A stretch of 64,000 nt of DNA from Eledone cirrhosa (Eukaryota), in assembly GCA_964016885.1 (NCBI GenBank), contig OZ024743.1:102982001-103046000 (forward strand). Reading direction: 5' to 3'. The position numbers and the translations under genes were made by a program. Positions within the stretch are counted from its first letter, which is position 1. Each line of letters opens with the position of its first letter. The notes below the pieces were generated by a model. That model saw only the letters and a list, made by a program, of their open reading frames with translations. It made no database searches and had not been told where the DNA came from. This document shows, one piece after another, positions 42,646 to 56,871 of this stretch.

Positions 42646-43660
42646 TTATGCTGTTTGAAATTCTACCCTTGTATGTCATCCCAGCAAGACTTGTGGAAGC
42701 AATTAAGGTTCTGTATCTCAACACAAGTGCCACTATCATTACCCCTGATGACACAACAGAGTTCTTTGACATCTCAGCAGGATTGTTGCAGGGTGACACT
42801 CTTGCCCCATTCCTCTTTATCATTACACTAGACTACGCCCTGAGACGCTCAATTGACTAAATTAATAACAAAGGTATAACCATCAAACCCCGCATCAACT
42901 CTAGGCACCCTTCTAAACATCTCACTGACCTCGACTTTGCGAATGACGTGGCACTTCTTGCAGATTGCTTAGAAAATGCACAACAACTTTTGACATCTCT
43001 CCAGGAAGTATCCGCCCTCGTTAGCCTTCATCTCAACGGGGGTAAAACATATCAAACTGTACAGGCAACAACATCAAAGCAATCAACGGCAGTGATATCA
43101 AGCAAGTCGAGGATTCTGAGAAGGGTTTGACACCAGAAAGGCCCAAGAATGGTCAGCTTGCAAGAAGATGGGTCGAGTTTGGCGCTGAAATCTTTCCAAC
43201 CACACCAAAATCAGACTCTTCTAAGTAACAATTCAACCAATCTTGCTGTATGGAAGTGAAACATGGACGCTTTCATCCAAACAACAAAAGTACCTTGATG
43301 GCAGCTACATTTGCCTACTTCGACGCATTCAGAACATAAGCTGGCGACATCTGACATTGAAAGAAATATATGTCGGCTTCCCACGCATATCTGTTGTTGT
43401 ACGTAAAAGGAGAGTGAGATTTTCTGGCCACTGTCGTCGAGCCACCTATGAGGCTGTGTCCCCATTAGTGCTTTGGAAACCACAAGCAGTCACTAATAAC
43501 AGGGGGCGCAAGCTGTCCTATCTCGATGTCATCTCTAGAGATTCTAGTACTGAAATCCAGGATTTGGCAGCAGCAATGAATGACAGACCCACGTGGAGAT
43601 CAATTGTTGAGTCGATTTCGGCTAGGACCGCCGGATGATGATGATGATGATGATGATATC
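42646..43660 (+). mobile_element. 5'-truncated RTE-clade LINE with (GAT)n tail
   Basis: GLLQGDTLAPFLFII, DLDFAND, LLYGSETWTL, RFSGHC and DRPTWR. atatcaat flanks both sides (possible TSD). Confidence 0.85.
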
Positions 43661-43916
43661 AATAAACATTAGTCTCTCCCCCAATCTATATATAATATAG
43701 AACACACTCTCCCAACCTTCCTCTTTGTGTCAATTACCACCAAACTCTCTCCCTCTCTATATCTATATCTATCTCTCCCATCTATCTCTATATAACATGT
43801 ACATTAATTGTAGCGCATATACAAAAAGGTGTATGCTTTCGTAGATTTGAGGACAAAAATACAATTATTGGGGAGGGGCGGGGGCATTGACCCCTTCCCT
43901 CTAGTTCCACCACCCT

Positions 43917-43991
<75 letters not shown>

Positions 43992-44465
43992 CAAAGGTAT
44001 GGTCTAATTGAGCTGACATAATGTGTGGAGCTGGTTTATCAATAACATAACTTAACGTTTGCTTAAAGAATACATTTTTAATGCGGAAAAGAAAGTATTC
44101 GGAGGTGTCATATGAAACAATTTGAAAATATAGTCGCCACAATGCTGATAACTTTAGATAATAGTTTAGTGACTCGGGTAGGGTACCCTTGCAGACGGAA
44201 AAAGTTGACAGAGAAGGGGATATTAAGGTTCAGCAGGCGTCATTTAAAAATTGCACTTAAACATATGAGACAATTTGAAAATATAGTTGCCACATTGTAG
44301 ATAACTATAATAGTAGATAAATAAATCAGGTAGCGTATGCCTGGAGAGGAAAACGTAGACAGAGACGCCTGAGAGGTATCGAACAAGCATCTCTTCTATT
44401 ATCTATAGACATTACCTATATTACAGGGCAGTGAACTGGCAGAGTTACTCGAGCGTTAGACAAAT

Positions 44466-44502
<37 letters not shown>

Positions 44503-44630
44503 CATGCATATATATATACATATATATATATATTGTAACTTGACCGCTGCCACGTCACGATTCTTAGCCATTTTTGAATGTATTCTTGGCGCGATCACTT
44601 AGGAAAATTAATTGTCTAAATTTGAGCTAA

Positions 44631-44704
44631 CTCCTGAAGAATCCGAAGTTCTAGATATCCCATGTTATCGGATGTCTTAAAATGCGGACGAAACCATGGT
44701 AGAG
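44631..44704 (+). ncRNA. Hammerhead ribozyme motif in a solo PLE-like relic
   Basis: ctc CTGAAGA a tccg..cgga c GAAA c catg g TA gag. Palindromic stem III; the stem-II closing pair is A-C. Confidence 0.65.
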
Positions 44705-44981
44705 GTAATTAAATATGTACGCATTTCTTCTAGTTTATTTTACACCTAATTCTGTTTAGTTGACTGTATATCTGGTCGATTTATACATGCTGTCGAAATA
44801 TTCGATAAATGATCCGTCGTAACCGCCGCGAAGGGGCTGCTTTCGGTTATTTGTCGGAGATTTCTTCATAGGAGCCTTTATTCTTATAGCTTGGTCTAAT
44901 TGATTTTTTATATGGTTAATTATGCTAATTGGGAGAGGAAACGGTATATATTTTATCTGCTGATTTTACAGACATGTTTTA

Positions 44982-45055
<74 letters not shown>

Positions 45056-45065
45056 ATATATATAG

Positions 45066-45109
<44 letters not shown>

Positions 45110-46273
45110 CATATAATACTTAGTATTTGTTCCGGTTCTTTACATTTTGAGTTCAAATCACGACGAGGTTTTAACTTTACCTTTCACCCTTCTGAGGTCG
45201 ATGAAATAAGATAAGTACCAGTCATATACTAGGCTTGATATAATTGACTCCCTGACCCCAACCCCAACCCCAACCAACGCCTTAAAATTCTGGCCTTGTA
45301 CCTAAATTAGAAACCAATATTATAGTTCTCTGCCTGGTGGTGACTGTAAGTTAAATTTTCCAATTTGCAACGCGACCTACGTCAAGCAGGTCATATAAGA
45401 CAATGTTGTATAGTTGTTCTAGTTACTGTTGTCGGAGTAACAAACATTGCAATTGCTAACGTTGCTCCTACTACAGTATCCTTGTCATCACTACAGCAAT
45501 TCTGTTGCAGTATTAATACTATCACCACTTAAATTATTGTACATTAGCTGATATCGATAGTAGCAAGTGAGTGCCAGTTATCTCCCTTATTGTCAAGTGC
45601 CACTGACTTAATTATGTGTAGGTGTAGGTGTAGGTGTAGGTGTAGGTGTGATGTTGTAGTTAATAGGTATTTCTTATATGTTTATCTCTCAATCTTTCAA
45701 AGAGAAAGAGAGAACGAGAAAGGGAGAGAAAGAGAGAGGGAGAGAGAGAGAAACACACAAGTACGTACAGAGACAGAAACGCTCGCGCACACACAGGCAC
45801 GCACGCACACACGCACGCACGCACACACACACATATATATAAAGCGAGAGAGAGAGAGAAAGAGATGGGGAGCGAGAGGGAGAGATTACATTAAGTATAG
45901 TGTCATTTGTGGTGAAATTCATTCTCTAGCTGTCTATTTAAGATACTCACTGAAACACTCACCAGTTATTATCTCTCACTCTCTCTATTCTCTCTCTCTA
46001 TCCTCTCTCTCTCTATATATATATATAGAGAGAGATAATTTAATATATCAACTAACATAAGCGCACAGATGCACGCCTATGCCAGCAAATACACAGGTTA
46101 TGTCATAGTACCTAGGTGGTTCAATGCAGGAGGATGCAGAACAATAATATAAAAGACGTAAAATAAGAAAATCCTTTAAAAAAATGTTTTTTTTAATTTT
46201 TACTTACTTACTTAAATATATATATATATATATATATATATAAGATCAAAAGATGGTTAAAAGAGTTCCAAGT

Positions 46274-46509
46274 ATTTTATTATGCGCATTTCAAAAACAA
46301 ATATCATCATGGGATGATATCTGCGTTCTCATCAGATAAAATAGGGAGACATGATATGAAGCTTAAAAAACACTTGTGAGCAGTGAAGTTTTAAATCAAC
46401 ATGCTCACAAGTGTTTTTAAGCTTCATATCATGTCTCCCTATTTTATCTGATGAGAACGCAGATATCATACCATGATGATATTTGTTTTTGAAATGCGCA
46501 TAATAAAAT
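46274..46509. repeat. Fold-back (arms ~109 bp, 19-nt spacer) with a hammerhead ribozyme motif on each strand
   Basis: 46274-46382 is the near-perfect reverse complement of 46402-46509. The + strand hammerhead at 46441-46509 reads attttat CTGATGA [15-bp stem II] GAAA t gcgc a TA ataaaat; the - strand copy is at 46274-46342. Confidence 0.9.
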
Positions 46510-46610
46510 CTTTTGATCTTATATTATTTATACTCCAGTCCTACAAACTGTAGAGTGGTACTTATCCGATATTTGCATTGCTTTATTGTGCTACAATAAA
46601 ACTCACCTCC

Positions 46611-46678
<68 letters not shown>

Positions 46679-47362
46679 GTATGTATGTGTGTGTGTGTGC
46701 ATGTATGTATGTATAAATGTATGTATATATACTTATATTTATGTGTGTGTTTGTGTGTGTGTTTATACCCATTAGTGTTCTACCTAATCAAGGTAGGATT
46801 TATAACCAATTTAGAACTTAATGTAGTGTTGGTGTAAATACCCCCTCAAAGCGAAGTGAAATCCATTTTTCTGGAAAGATGTTATCCTATTACATAACGT
46901 TGAATATTCACAACTACAGAATCAGATATATAATATTAAAAAGTTAAAGAATAAGAAAAGTTGCAGGATTTTAATTATTCATTATTTTAGGATCGTTTCA
47001 GAGGGCAAATATTGTCTATGTGCAGTCCAATCGATAACGGTTGTGCAACTCTATACCAAGTTTCTAAAAAACACATCTAATCTCCCTTCAATCATCAGTT
47101 ACTAATGGACGAATTAACTATTATATCTTGTCTTATTCTTTCATTTTTTTCTATCACAACTTTGTTGGCTCCTGTATCTCTCTTCTTCATAAGGTATGTA
47201 GTAGGTTTCTTGTGTTCCTTAATAGCCAAGAGTTATCTTAGTCAACATTTTCTATCACCACTTAAGGGTTTGGAGATATCCATATCCCTGTTATTTATCA
47301 GGTATTAGTATCTACTTATCGTTCTTGACCAACTTAGGTTATTTTTCATACACATACATACA

Positions 47363-48012
47363 TGATGGCTGCCCCCTCGTTATCGAGTATGGCCATTGCA
47401 CGATACACCATTATTAATAATTATTAATTAATTCTATCGTGCAATTCCTGTGAATGAAGATATTTTTTTTAAGTGATGAAAGACTGTGCACTGAGCCAAT
47501 CCCACTCTCTAAGCGACAGTAGCTATAACCCGAAAAGAAGAAAAGATCAACATCATCGGTAACTACTGAGCCGCAGGTTTTAAATTGGGGTTATCCCAGT
47601 TTCCTGAGTTGCCTTCTCGTAGAAGAATGCCCTGAGAAAGGCTAGGGCTCCTTCACTCCCAGTGGTTTAACCACGCATCGGGTGTCCAGCCCGACTATTT
47701 CTATGTCCCCGCGCATGTACTGGGTTACATGTTACCAGTAGCACTCAAGAGTGACCCGACCAACATACATACATGACTACAACTCGATTTCGAGAAATGC
47801 CATCGCTTGATACGTAAGCATGAGCGTCACAGACATGGCTTTTTTTTGTCCTGTAATAGGACTTACCTATGGCCAACAATACCATGCATCGCAAAACATG
47901 TCCCGTATAAAGCAATGCCAGTGCTTGAAGCTTTTTTAAACGAAGTCGCAGGTTTTTATCAGAGTGACCTTCTCCTAGAGAGATATCTTAATGGAGACTA
48001 GGAGTTTCTCGC
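47363..48012 (-). mobile_element. Two further short RTE-derived non-autonomous elements (47363-47763 and ~47773-48012)
   Basis: The first shares the 5' head ggtcac..gtgctactggtaacatgtaWcccagtaca with 28129-28737. Both share gagaagg..actc and the ctcg-loop-cgag tail. Bounded by (CATA)n. Confidence 0.65.
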
Positions 48013-48799
48013 TCCACAAAAAAAAAAAAATACATACATACATACATACCTACATACATACAGTCTGTTTACTACGGTCTGTGTTGCTGGTTCTATAAGA
48101 ATATTCCACTAGTGTTCCTTAATTATAAAGATGTGAGTACATTCTGGTTCTGGTTCTGGTCAGAGCATTCCTTGCGTCAATAACATAGTAAATATGATTT
48201 GTATATATACCGTGTCACATACAGTGACGGTACCTTTCAGACATTATTGGGATATTTTCCACAATGATGACACAATGAACATTTTCTATACAGTGTAGGG
48301 GTTTTAAACCACCCATATCTCACATTCTTTAATAGTGAAGACTTATCTTAATCAATATTTTTTATCACAACACAAGGGTTTGGGGCACACGTATTTCTTA
48401 CGTTCCTTAATAGCGAAAATATCTCCTTCACTTCAAGATGAGGTGTGATGTATTTCTCGCAGGTTCAGGAAAGACAACTCTTTTTAGAACTGCGATATCG
48501 TGACCAGAACATTAATAACTTTCATATTAACAGAGACACCTACAGAATCTTTATTAAATGGAATGGTAGAGGTAGTGACTTAGGATCGATTGTAGATATC
48601 AAATGTAGGAAGATGATAACCCTTGTATGTAGCTTCCACGTCAACAATAACACAGGATCTATGTGATTAAGCAGACTTATAATCAAATATGTTTCTGCTG
48701 TAACAGTCCTGCCTTTTTGTATATGTAGAACCTCTAAAAAGATATGGGAGGTGGGATATATCTATATGAGATAGTGCACATACTTAAATATGGAATGTT

Positions 48800-49120
48800 A
48801 CGTGATGCCACACACATAGCCCCGGCGGACAGGATGGTGAAGGCGTTCCCCCGGAGGACGGCAAGGGAGACGCGCTGGAAAAGCCACTCCAACTCGCGGG
48901 GTTCACACCTGCGGCTGGCCAGCTCAGCACTTATGGTGGTGAGTAAGGAGGTAGCCCTAGGGCCGAGGACACCAGAAGTCTCCACTGCCAGGAGTACAAC
49001 CGCAAACTTGTCGTAGAGCGACCGGTATTTGAGGGGTTTGGCTCCCTCAGCCCGACGTGCAGCAGAACCTGGGTTAGTTGCAGACTGCACCAGGTTGCGA
49101 CTGCAGAAAGTGTCGGTGCA
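48800..49120 (-). mobile_element. CRE-clade LINE 3' fragment (same family as copies at 1 and 18845)
   Basis: QSATNPGSAARRAEGAK..AVETSGVLG..LFQRVSLAVLRGNA. Confidence 0.88.
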
Positions 49121-49534
49121 ATAACCTTCTAATTTAACTCACTTTATTTTTTTTATTTTTATATTCCTTTGCTCCGATTTTCTTGAACAGCATGAATGGT
49201 GCCTACATATATAATTTAAAATGTTTAATACAATCGGATTTTATTGATAATTTTAGAAATAGTTTCGATTTATATTCTATAATATGGACGAGGGAAGATT
49301 GACAGAGTCGTTAGCGCATCGGACAAATGCGTAGCATAATCTTTTCTTCTTTTTTTTGGGGGGGGGGCGAGGGATGTTTACGTTCTCAGTTCAAATTCCG
49401 CCGCGGTCAACTTTGCTTTTCATCCTTCCGAGGTCGATAAAATAGACTACCATTCCAGTACGAGGTCGATATAATCGTCTTTTCCCACCCCACTCAATCA
49501 CCCACTAAAATGTCTGACCTTGCGCCAATGTTAA

Positions 49535-51200
49535 AAACAATATATATTTAACAAATATGTTTTAAATATATACATAAATAACATTACAAATGCATCAGTA
49601 ACACTACAAAGGATGATACAATGAAAGATATATTCCTTCAATTCTACAATATTAAAGAAAATGTAAAGGAAGGGGTGAACAACGGAGCCAACACCAGAGC
49701 AAAAGACAGCAGCGTCGCGAGTACTGGGCAACCTCTCTAATATATTTTTGAGGCAAGCTAGCACACTTGCAGCGTTGCTTCGGGTGATGGCGAGGCTGAT
49801 GCGCTGAAACAGCCAAGCACCCTCGCGAGATTCGCCAGTCACCTCTATCAGGCAGTGAGGAAAGGAACCTCACAGTCAGCGGCCCGACTCCCTCAAACGT
49901 CTCGAAAGCCACAGGCTGAAAAATGTAGCTGGCCGACAGATCAGAGTATTTGTGGGTCTTACTCCGCTCGGCTGCAGAAGCTGTGGCTCTCGTCCTAACC
50001 GCAGCATCCAGGATGTGGGAAAGAGCAAAAGAGTCACTAACAGTGACGTCCCAGATAAGGCACCTGCCTCTCGACCAGGGGCACAGGGTAAGACTGTCAG
50101 GTCTTTTGCCGTCACTTCTGGACAACCCAGATGGTTCCAAGACTGAGGGGATATTCGTCCGGGCCAAAGCTCTCTTGAGAATGAGGTTTAGCTCCGTGTG
50201 ACGCGCGAAGCGGCAAGAAAGACCATGGAGGCCTGTAGAGTCGAGGAGTTTGCCGCATCGGCACCTCAAACCCATGCAGACGTCAGCTCCCACTCTGAGG
50301 GCGATGGAGACACGAAGTTTGTCCAGGCTGAGTAGGCCACCAACGTTGGCCACGAGTAGGGCATCGACCCAGTCGCCTGAGTATTTGGCGCTGGCAGATA
50401 GTAAGCGGCACCTTACAAACTGATCTGACTGGACGAAGAGGGAGTCGAAAGTGGCCTTCTAACTTATGCTGTCCCAAGTTCTCTGACTTTGACTGCCCTC
50501 CACCTTCTCAGGAAGAGAGAAGCCCAGCTCACTCCATTGCTGGAGAGCTTCATCCAACTCCCTATTACAACAAGTCCATGTTGGAGAGGAGAGGATGCTG
50601 CTCACCAGGGTGGAGCAAGCGTGGGTGGAGAAAAGGAAGCAGGGGAGGGAGAGGGAGTAACACTTACGAAGACCAAGACCCCCAAATCGTTTGGGCAACG
50701 TAGCCTGATCGCGGGACTCCGGAGAGAGTCTAACATTGACCGGACACTCGAGTCTCTCGAAGGTTAGGTAGTCGAAGCGTTGGAGGCAGGATGGAAATTT
50801 GTGAGAGGGGCTGACCCTGAGCAGATACAGAAGCTTAGGAATAGACAGGTTGTTCCTGAGTATGAAGAAACCTTGATGGGGTTCGATAACTTCGATATTC
50901 CTCAGCAGCTGCTCAAGGTCAACCATCTTCGATTGGAAGGTTGACTTGAAGACCAGGTCTGTGATTGGGGCTCCTAAGGAGCACCAAGCCGACGGGGGAG
51001 GGACCGCGATGGAAGGGAAGGACTCTGCGAACAGGTCGATCAGCTGTTGGTGTTGAGAAGCCGGGTGGTTGAGGATCCAGAGCTCACATTTGGAGCTATT
51101 GATCTGGTAACCCCGGCGGCCAAACTCCTCCACAATCCTGTTGGCAGTGGCGAGAACCATATCCGGAGTTCCCTCCCAAACAGGCGTCGTCGAGGTACCT
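49535..51200 (-). mobile_element. Second CRE-clade family, 5'-truncated
   Basis: QATLPKRFGGLGLR, CRCG..HGLSC, ARH, KRPDSLT..WD, PVAFETF and LFQRISLAITRSNA. Confidence 0.85.
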
Positions 51201-51559
51201 GACATGCTCTATTTATATTTTCATTCTGAAGGAATTGCAAACGATTTGTAATGTTGTTTGTGCAACTATGAAGGATATATTTATGAAATAAAGTATATAT
51301 AATTATATATCAAAGCATGTATAAAAATATATGCATGTACACACATAAATATATATATTTTGAAAAACCGGAAATACAGATATGAGAGTTCGTAAAGAGT
51401 AGAGTTATTTCCCTTGACTTAAAAGTTCGAAATTTCACAGATTCTACTCACTCATTTTTGTATATACTTTAAATATTTATATATACATGAATGCATATAT
51501 ATTTATATGCTTGAGTAAATATACAAAGCTAAAGAACATTTTGGAGCTATTTTCTAATT

Positions 51560-52045
51560 ATGGCAAAAGTCGAAAGCCCTCCGAGAACAGCAAAACTTGT
51601 CACAGAATTCGTATGCGAATACAGTATATCAGATATGACAATGACACCAGATAACCATCTGTGTGTTGCTGAAGAAGAAAGTTGTGTATCAAAATATACT
51701 CTAACGGGACTATGTGTTGGACGTCTCAAGTTACCAGACTGCTACTTAGGAGGTGTTTGTTGTCTTCAGAGTTCCTATGGTCGACAGATTTCTTGTCTGG
51801 GTAAACAATGGAACGACGAAGCGTATATTCCTGGACGATTAGCTGTACCTACTTTCTTAGGGAAATCTGCTGGTCGAGTACTAATTTTAGACGGCAGCTC
51901 AGGTGATGAATTCGGACAGATCAAAGCTGAAGTGGATACAGGTGATTACACTTATTGGTCAGTATGTGACCTGGGTGTTGACCGTGGTCTAGTTTTGGCA
52001 CGCCAGGGTCATGTAGCCACAACCAAACAGGACAGCTGTGTTGAG
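51560..52045 (+). CDS. Host gene exon 1: NHL-like beta-propeller / SOCS-box protein
   Basis: ATG at 51560, 162 open codons of non-repetitive propeller-like sequence (ISDMTMTPDNHLCVAE..CVSKYTLTG). Donor gag|GTAAGA at 52046, phase 0. Confidence 0.75.
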
Positions 52046-53364
52046 GTAAGATCATAGAACACGTCATTGTTTACATAGCCATTAAGGCATTGTACCTACA
52101 CACGAATATGTATATAGATACGCGTGTAGGTGTATGTGATTTAGAAATGAGAAATGAAATATCGTAATGCTTCTGTCTTATTGTTTCTGTTTAACTCGAG
52201 TAACTGTTACGTAAAGCATAGCGTTAACTAAACTTAATTTATCAGTTGGTTTACCTTAAGGTATTACGTATAACGATACTCATAATTCTAACTTCACTAA
52301 AGGAATTTTGGCAACTAATGTGAAACGAACAGCAACAGCAATAATTCTTTCAAATATTGACACAAGGCCAGCAATTTGGTGGAGGAGAGAAAGTCTATTA
52401 TAACAACTCCAATACTTACTGATACTTTATTTTATCGACCCCGGAAGGGTGAAAGGAAAAAATTGACATCGACAGGATAATAATAATAATGGTTTCTGAT
52501 TTAGGCACAACGCCAACAAATTTGGGGAAGGGATGTCGATTAAATTGACCCACTTTATTTTATCGACCCCGTAAGGATGAAAGGCAAAGCTAACATCAAT
52601 GGGATTTGAACTCGGAATGTAAAGGGACGTAACTCTATGTCATGATAATTATTATTCGCCGAGGTTATCTTTGCCTTTGATCCTTACGGGGTCGATAAAT
52701 AAAGCACTAGTAATGCACTGGGGTCTATTTAATTGAATTTTCCCTCCCCGCAAATTGTTGGCCTTGTGCCATTATTGTTGTTATTTATTTGCCACAAAAG
52801 CAAATGGTACCTTATAAGGGCAGGATACATAGAGTGTGGGAAAGGAGTACGAATAAAAAAAATTATTATTATTATTTGAAAATAGTCACCACAATGCAAG
52901 TGAATAACTAAATAATAGTGAAACAAAGCGGGTAAAATACTTCTGGAGACTGGACGAAGACAGCTAAAGGAGATGGGAACAAGCAAGAATAACTTTATCA
53001 AAGCTATATCTGATAAGTAGACAGGAACTGTTGTGATTATTTATTGTTCGTTAATGTTTACAACTTTTTGTGTTATCGAGTACGTCTTCACCACAACTGT
53101 TACAATTATCTACCGAAATATTTACGTGTGAATATGTACAGTGTGAAGCTATACCTGGATTTCTTTTTCTTTTCCAACTTTTCTTCGATAAATAATCTGG
53201 AATCTTTTTATTGTTTTATAAAATAAATATAAATTGTTTAATACGAAATGGATTTGAAAATATATTGACACGAATCCTACGTGGTTAACATTACCTTTCA
53301 CTTCTACGTATTCATTTATAAAAATGAAATCGGTCAGGTGTATTTTTATGTGATATTGCTCTTG

Positions 53365-53560
53365 TTATTAGTATTATCATACTAATGATGATGATGATAG
53401 CTGCCATCTTCACCATGATAATCATCATCACAACCACAACTATCATCTTCATCAATGCCATCCCTATCATTATCACCATCTGCATCATCATTATCATGAT
53501 CACCACCACCATCATCACCGCTATCATAATCATCATCATCATGACTATCATCACCATCAC
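53365..53560. repeat. Degenerate (ATC/ACC)n trinucleotide tract in intron 1
   Basis: Directly visible. Confidence 0.85.
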
Positions 53561-54322
53561 TTGTCTTATTCCTAGTTGCGCATTAACAATAGATTCTCGC
53601 TGTCATGTTAATATAGTTGAATAACGAAAACTTAATCTTTTATTATAACACTATACACAACTAAGATGCATAATACCAATGTAAATGATTTACTTTTTCA
53701 TTACAAATTATATAATTATTAAGAATATTAATTAGGTTGAAAAACATTTGATTCCGTGTTATTTATTTACAAATTTCTCTTCCGGTTTATTCCATGAAGG
53801 TTTCTTAGAGTTACTTCCCCTGCACTACTGGCCTGTTGCTGGATTCTTCTAAACATGGTCATGTTATGTAAAACTTTGATTAATATCACCATGGTTAAAT
53901 TCTCAGCATCGATTCCACGTAAAAAATATGTTTCTTTATATTGTAATATCCAAAGACAATAGGGAGTCTCTATTATTTATTAATGTTACTTTGATATGAA
54001 AATTTAGAGATAGAATATATATTATTCTATAGTATAAAAAGTTTGTAAGTTAGTAGAAATACAAGGGAGATAACTTGTTGCTCACGGTTATTTATAGTGA
54101 TTGCCTATAGTTGTATTTCAACCCTCTCGATTGTTGACACTGCATGAAAAATCGCAGCTAGAGCAGCAGCAGCAAAGATATACTGGTTAAATCCTATCTT
54201 AGGTTAGTTACCGGATTTATATATACGTCACCCAAAGCCATATAGGGAGCAAATGGTACTGAAAATGATGTATATATATATCATCATCATTTAACGTCCG
54301 TCTTCCACGCTTGCATGGGTGT

Positions 54323-54364
<42 letters not shown>

Positions 54365-54399
54365 TCCTTATATCTCCACTCTGTCTCAACGTCTTCAGT

Positions 54400-55490
54400 T
54401 TACTCCGGAAATTCTCTGAATTTGGATGCAATAGTATCTGCATACCTGGTCCTGACTGCCTTATCCCCCCCAATGCTTCCCACTTTATCCTGTAGGTTGC
54501 CTTGGACCTGCCAGTTTTGGGATCTTCTTTGGCTTTAGATAGTCTCAAGCTGCAGATAACTAGATGATGATAGACATCTCAGCCCCTCTCTTAACATGAA
54601 CATCGAGCACAGAATCAAGGAGATCAGAGACAATAACAAAATCAACTATTGATCTCTGACCCTGATTCCCCTTATACCATGCATATTTATAGATGGCTCT
54701 GGGCTGGAAGAAGGTGTTCATAATAGAGAGTCCATTGCTAGAACAGATGTCTAATAAGGCTTCTCCATTCATGTTTAGATTGGGGTCGCCATTCCTTCTC
54801 ATCACTCCTTTACGTGTCAGGTAGTCAGCGCCAACATGTGCATTGAAGTCCCCCATCAGAATATATGACACAGTTTTAACTACATCTAATGCTGCAATGA
54901 CTTCAAGGAAGGACCTATATTCGGATTCCTTGTTTGGTGTATAAACTTGCACCACCCACAGAGACCTATCTTTCAGCCAAAGCTTCAAGAGGCACATCCT
55001 CCCTCCTACAGGGATCCAGTTCATAACATTCTGACAGCCGGGGGCTTGTGAGTATCCCCACTCCTGCCTGTGCAGTCATTTTTGGTGCCATATCTGAATA
55101 GTCAAGTTTCCATCCTCCATCCAAATCTACAATATCAGAGCCAGGGAACTTAGTTGAGGAAACCCTGGCTATATCTAGCCAGTAGCATCTAGCCTCCTCC
55201 ACTTCTTCATGCTCCTTAGCTGTGAGGGTTGTGATGTTGCAGGTTCCAAGTGTCAAGGTTTACTTCCTTCCAGACCCTCTTGGGGGTTTGGGATAGGCAA
55301 TCTTTGTGTATCCATCCCACACCTCACAGGACAGGTTACAAGCCCATCACCAGTTTTTTGCGGCAAGAAATGGAGACTGCAATATATTGAGGCTGCTTAT
55401 TCATCCAGCAGTTGGCTGTTTATATTGCAACTAGCCATCATATCTGGTAGCCATACCCCTATCCACCACCTGTGACATGTTCTCTGGCAG
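54400..55490 (-). mobile_element. RTE-clade LINE 5' part (APE endonuclease), degenerate
   Basis: LGTCNITTL, GVGIL, QVYTP, ILMGDFNAHVG, IMNTFF and IVDFVIV. Confidence 0.85.
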
Positions 55491-55509
55491 AACGGCTTGT
55501 CCTCTGAAG

Positions 55510-56185
55510 GAAGCCTTTGAAGTACACTCTACATGTGAATAGAGTTCCACTGAAGCAGGTAGAGAAGTTCAAGTCTCTTAGGGCTCTGTTCACAAGTGAT
55601 GGAAGGCAGGAGGCTGAATTCAGTGCAAGAATTTCAGGAGCTGGTGCAGTAATGTGCCAGCTTCAGCATTCAGTTATCAGAAGAAACGAGGTAGGCATAA
55701 AAGCTAAACTTGCTATCTTCAATTTGGTATCCGTTCAAACCCTTACCTATAATTATGAATCTTGGGTAATGACTGAAAGAATACGATTGTGAATACAAGT
55801 GGCCGAAATGGGGGTTCCTTCCAAAAGGTCTTTGTGGTAATGTTAGAGTGTGTAACTCAGAGATCAGAAAGTCATTCAAGGTAGAGCTGCTACTTCTCCC
55901 ATTGAGATATCACAGCTCCGATACTATGGGCATTTGGTTAGAATGTCTCAGGAAAGAATTGCTGCATAGATTTTGTGGGCAAAACCAATCGGCAAAAGAC
56001 CCAGGTGTAGACCTCGAGGAAGATAGTTGGATAACATCCATGAACTTGGCTGGTATCGCTTGGGAATCCAGACAGATCTATTGGAGATGGTTGCTTCTGA
56101 CAGGATCCACTGGAACAAGTATTTGAGGACTCTTCCCCCACAGCGCTCTCAGGGATAAGTGGGAGAGGAAGAAGCAGCAGCAGCT
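55510..56185 (+). mobile_element. RTE-clade LINE 3' part, opposite orientation to the adjacent APE fragment
   Basis: LKQVEKFK, LTYNYESWVMTE and YGHLVRM..GKRPRCRPR. Short (GAA/GCA) tail. Confidence 0.8.
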
Positions 56186-56780
56186 CTAACTAATGGATCA
56201 TTTATTTAATTAATTTATTCATCAAGCATAACTGGTAAAAGATGGACACCCTGTATATGTGTTTATACTTATGTGTATATATGTAAAATGATGATCATGA
56301 TGATGATATCTTTAATAATTTTCATCTATACTCCCTTACAGTTGAGTAAAAAGTTAGGCTGAAATAGACTGCTTCTTCTAGGATCTCTTTTACTCACCAA
56401 TAGTCCACCTTTTGCTAGCCTTCTTAATGACCATAAACCCGTGATATTTGTCCCTTTCAAAAATGTCACTGGCAATGATTATATATATATATATATATAT
56501 AGAAAGAGCTTCTGCACGACTAGAAATGTTGCATTTGAAGGAAATCATTAGGATGATTTCCTTTGAATGAAACAGATCTAGTCCACTTTTATATTAAATT
56601 TGTTGTATGTCTCTACTAATGTATTGAGTACTTTACTTACAGTGGTTACACCCGATTGATCCCTGGACTCACACACATAAATGTGTGTGTACATATATAC
56701 ATGCACACACACATAGACACACATATATAAAAATGGAAAATGAAAAATCAGTGATGCATCGGAACACAATTTATTACACA

Positions 56781-56871
56781 CATATTACAATTGTTTCTCC
56801 GGTGAACAGCTTGAGGTGCGATCTGTTTGTGGATCAAACCTGATTCTGGATTTGCAAGTTCCTCAGATACG
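56781..56871 (-). ncRNA. Hammerhead-like motif inside nested inverted repeats
   Basis: Reverse complement reads cgtat CTGAGGA ..(~63 nt).. GAAA c aatt g TA atatg. The stem-II base is not paired. Confidence 0.5.

Noticed and set aside
46780-47340. Possible decayed coding relic (also 48100-48720)
   Set aside because: No motif could be read with confidence.
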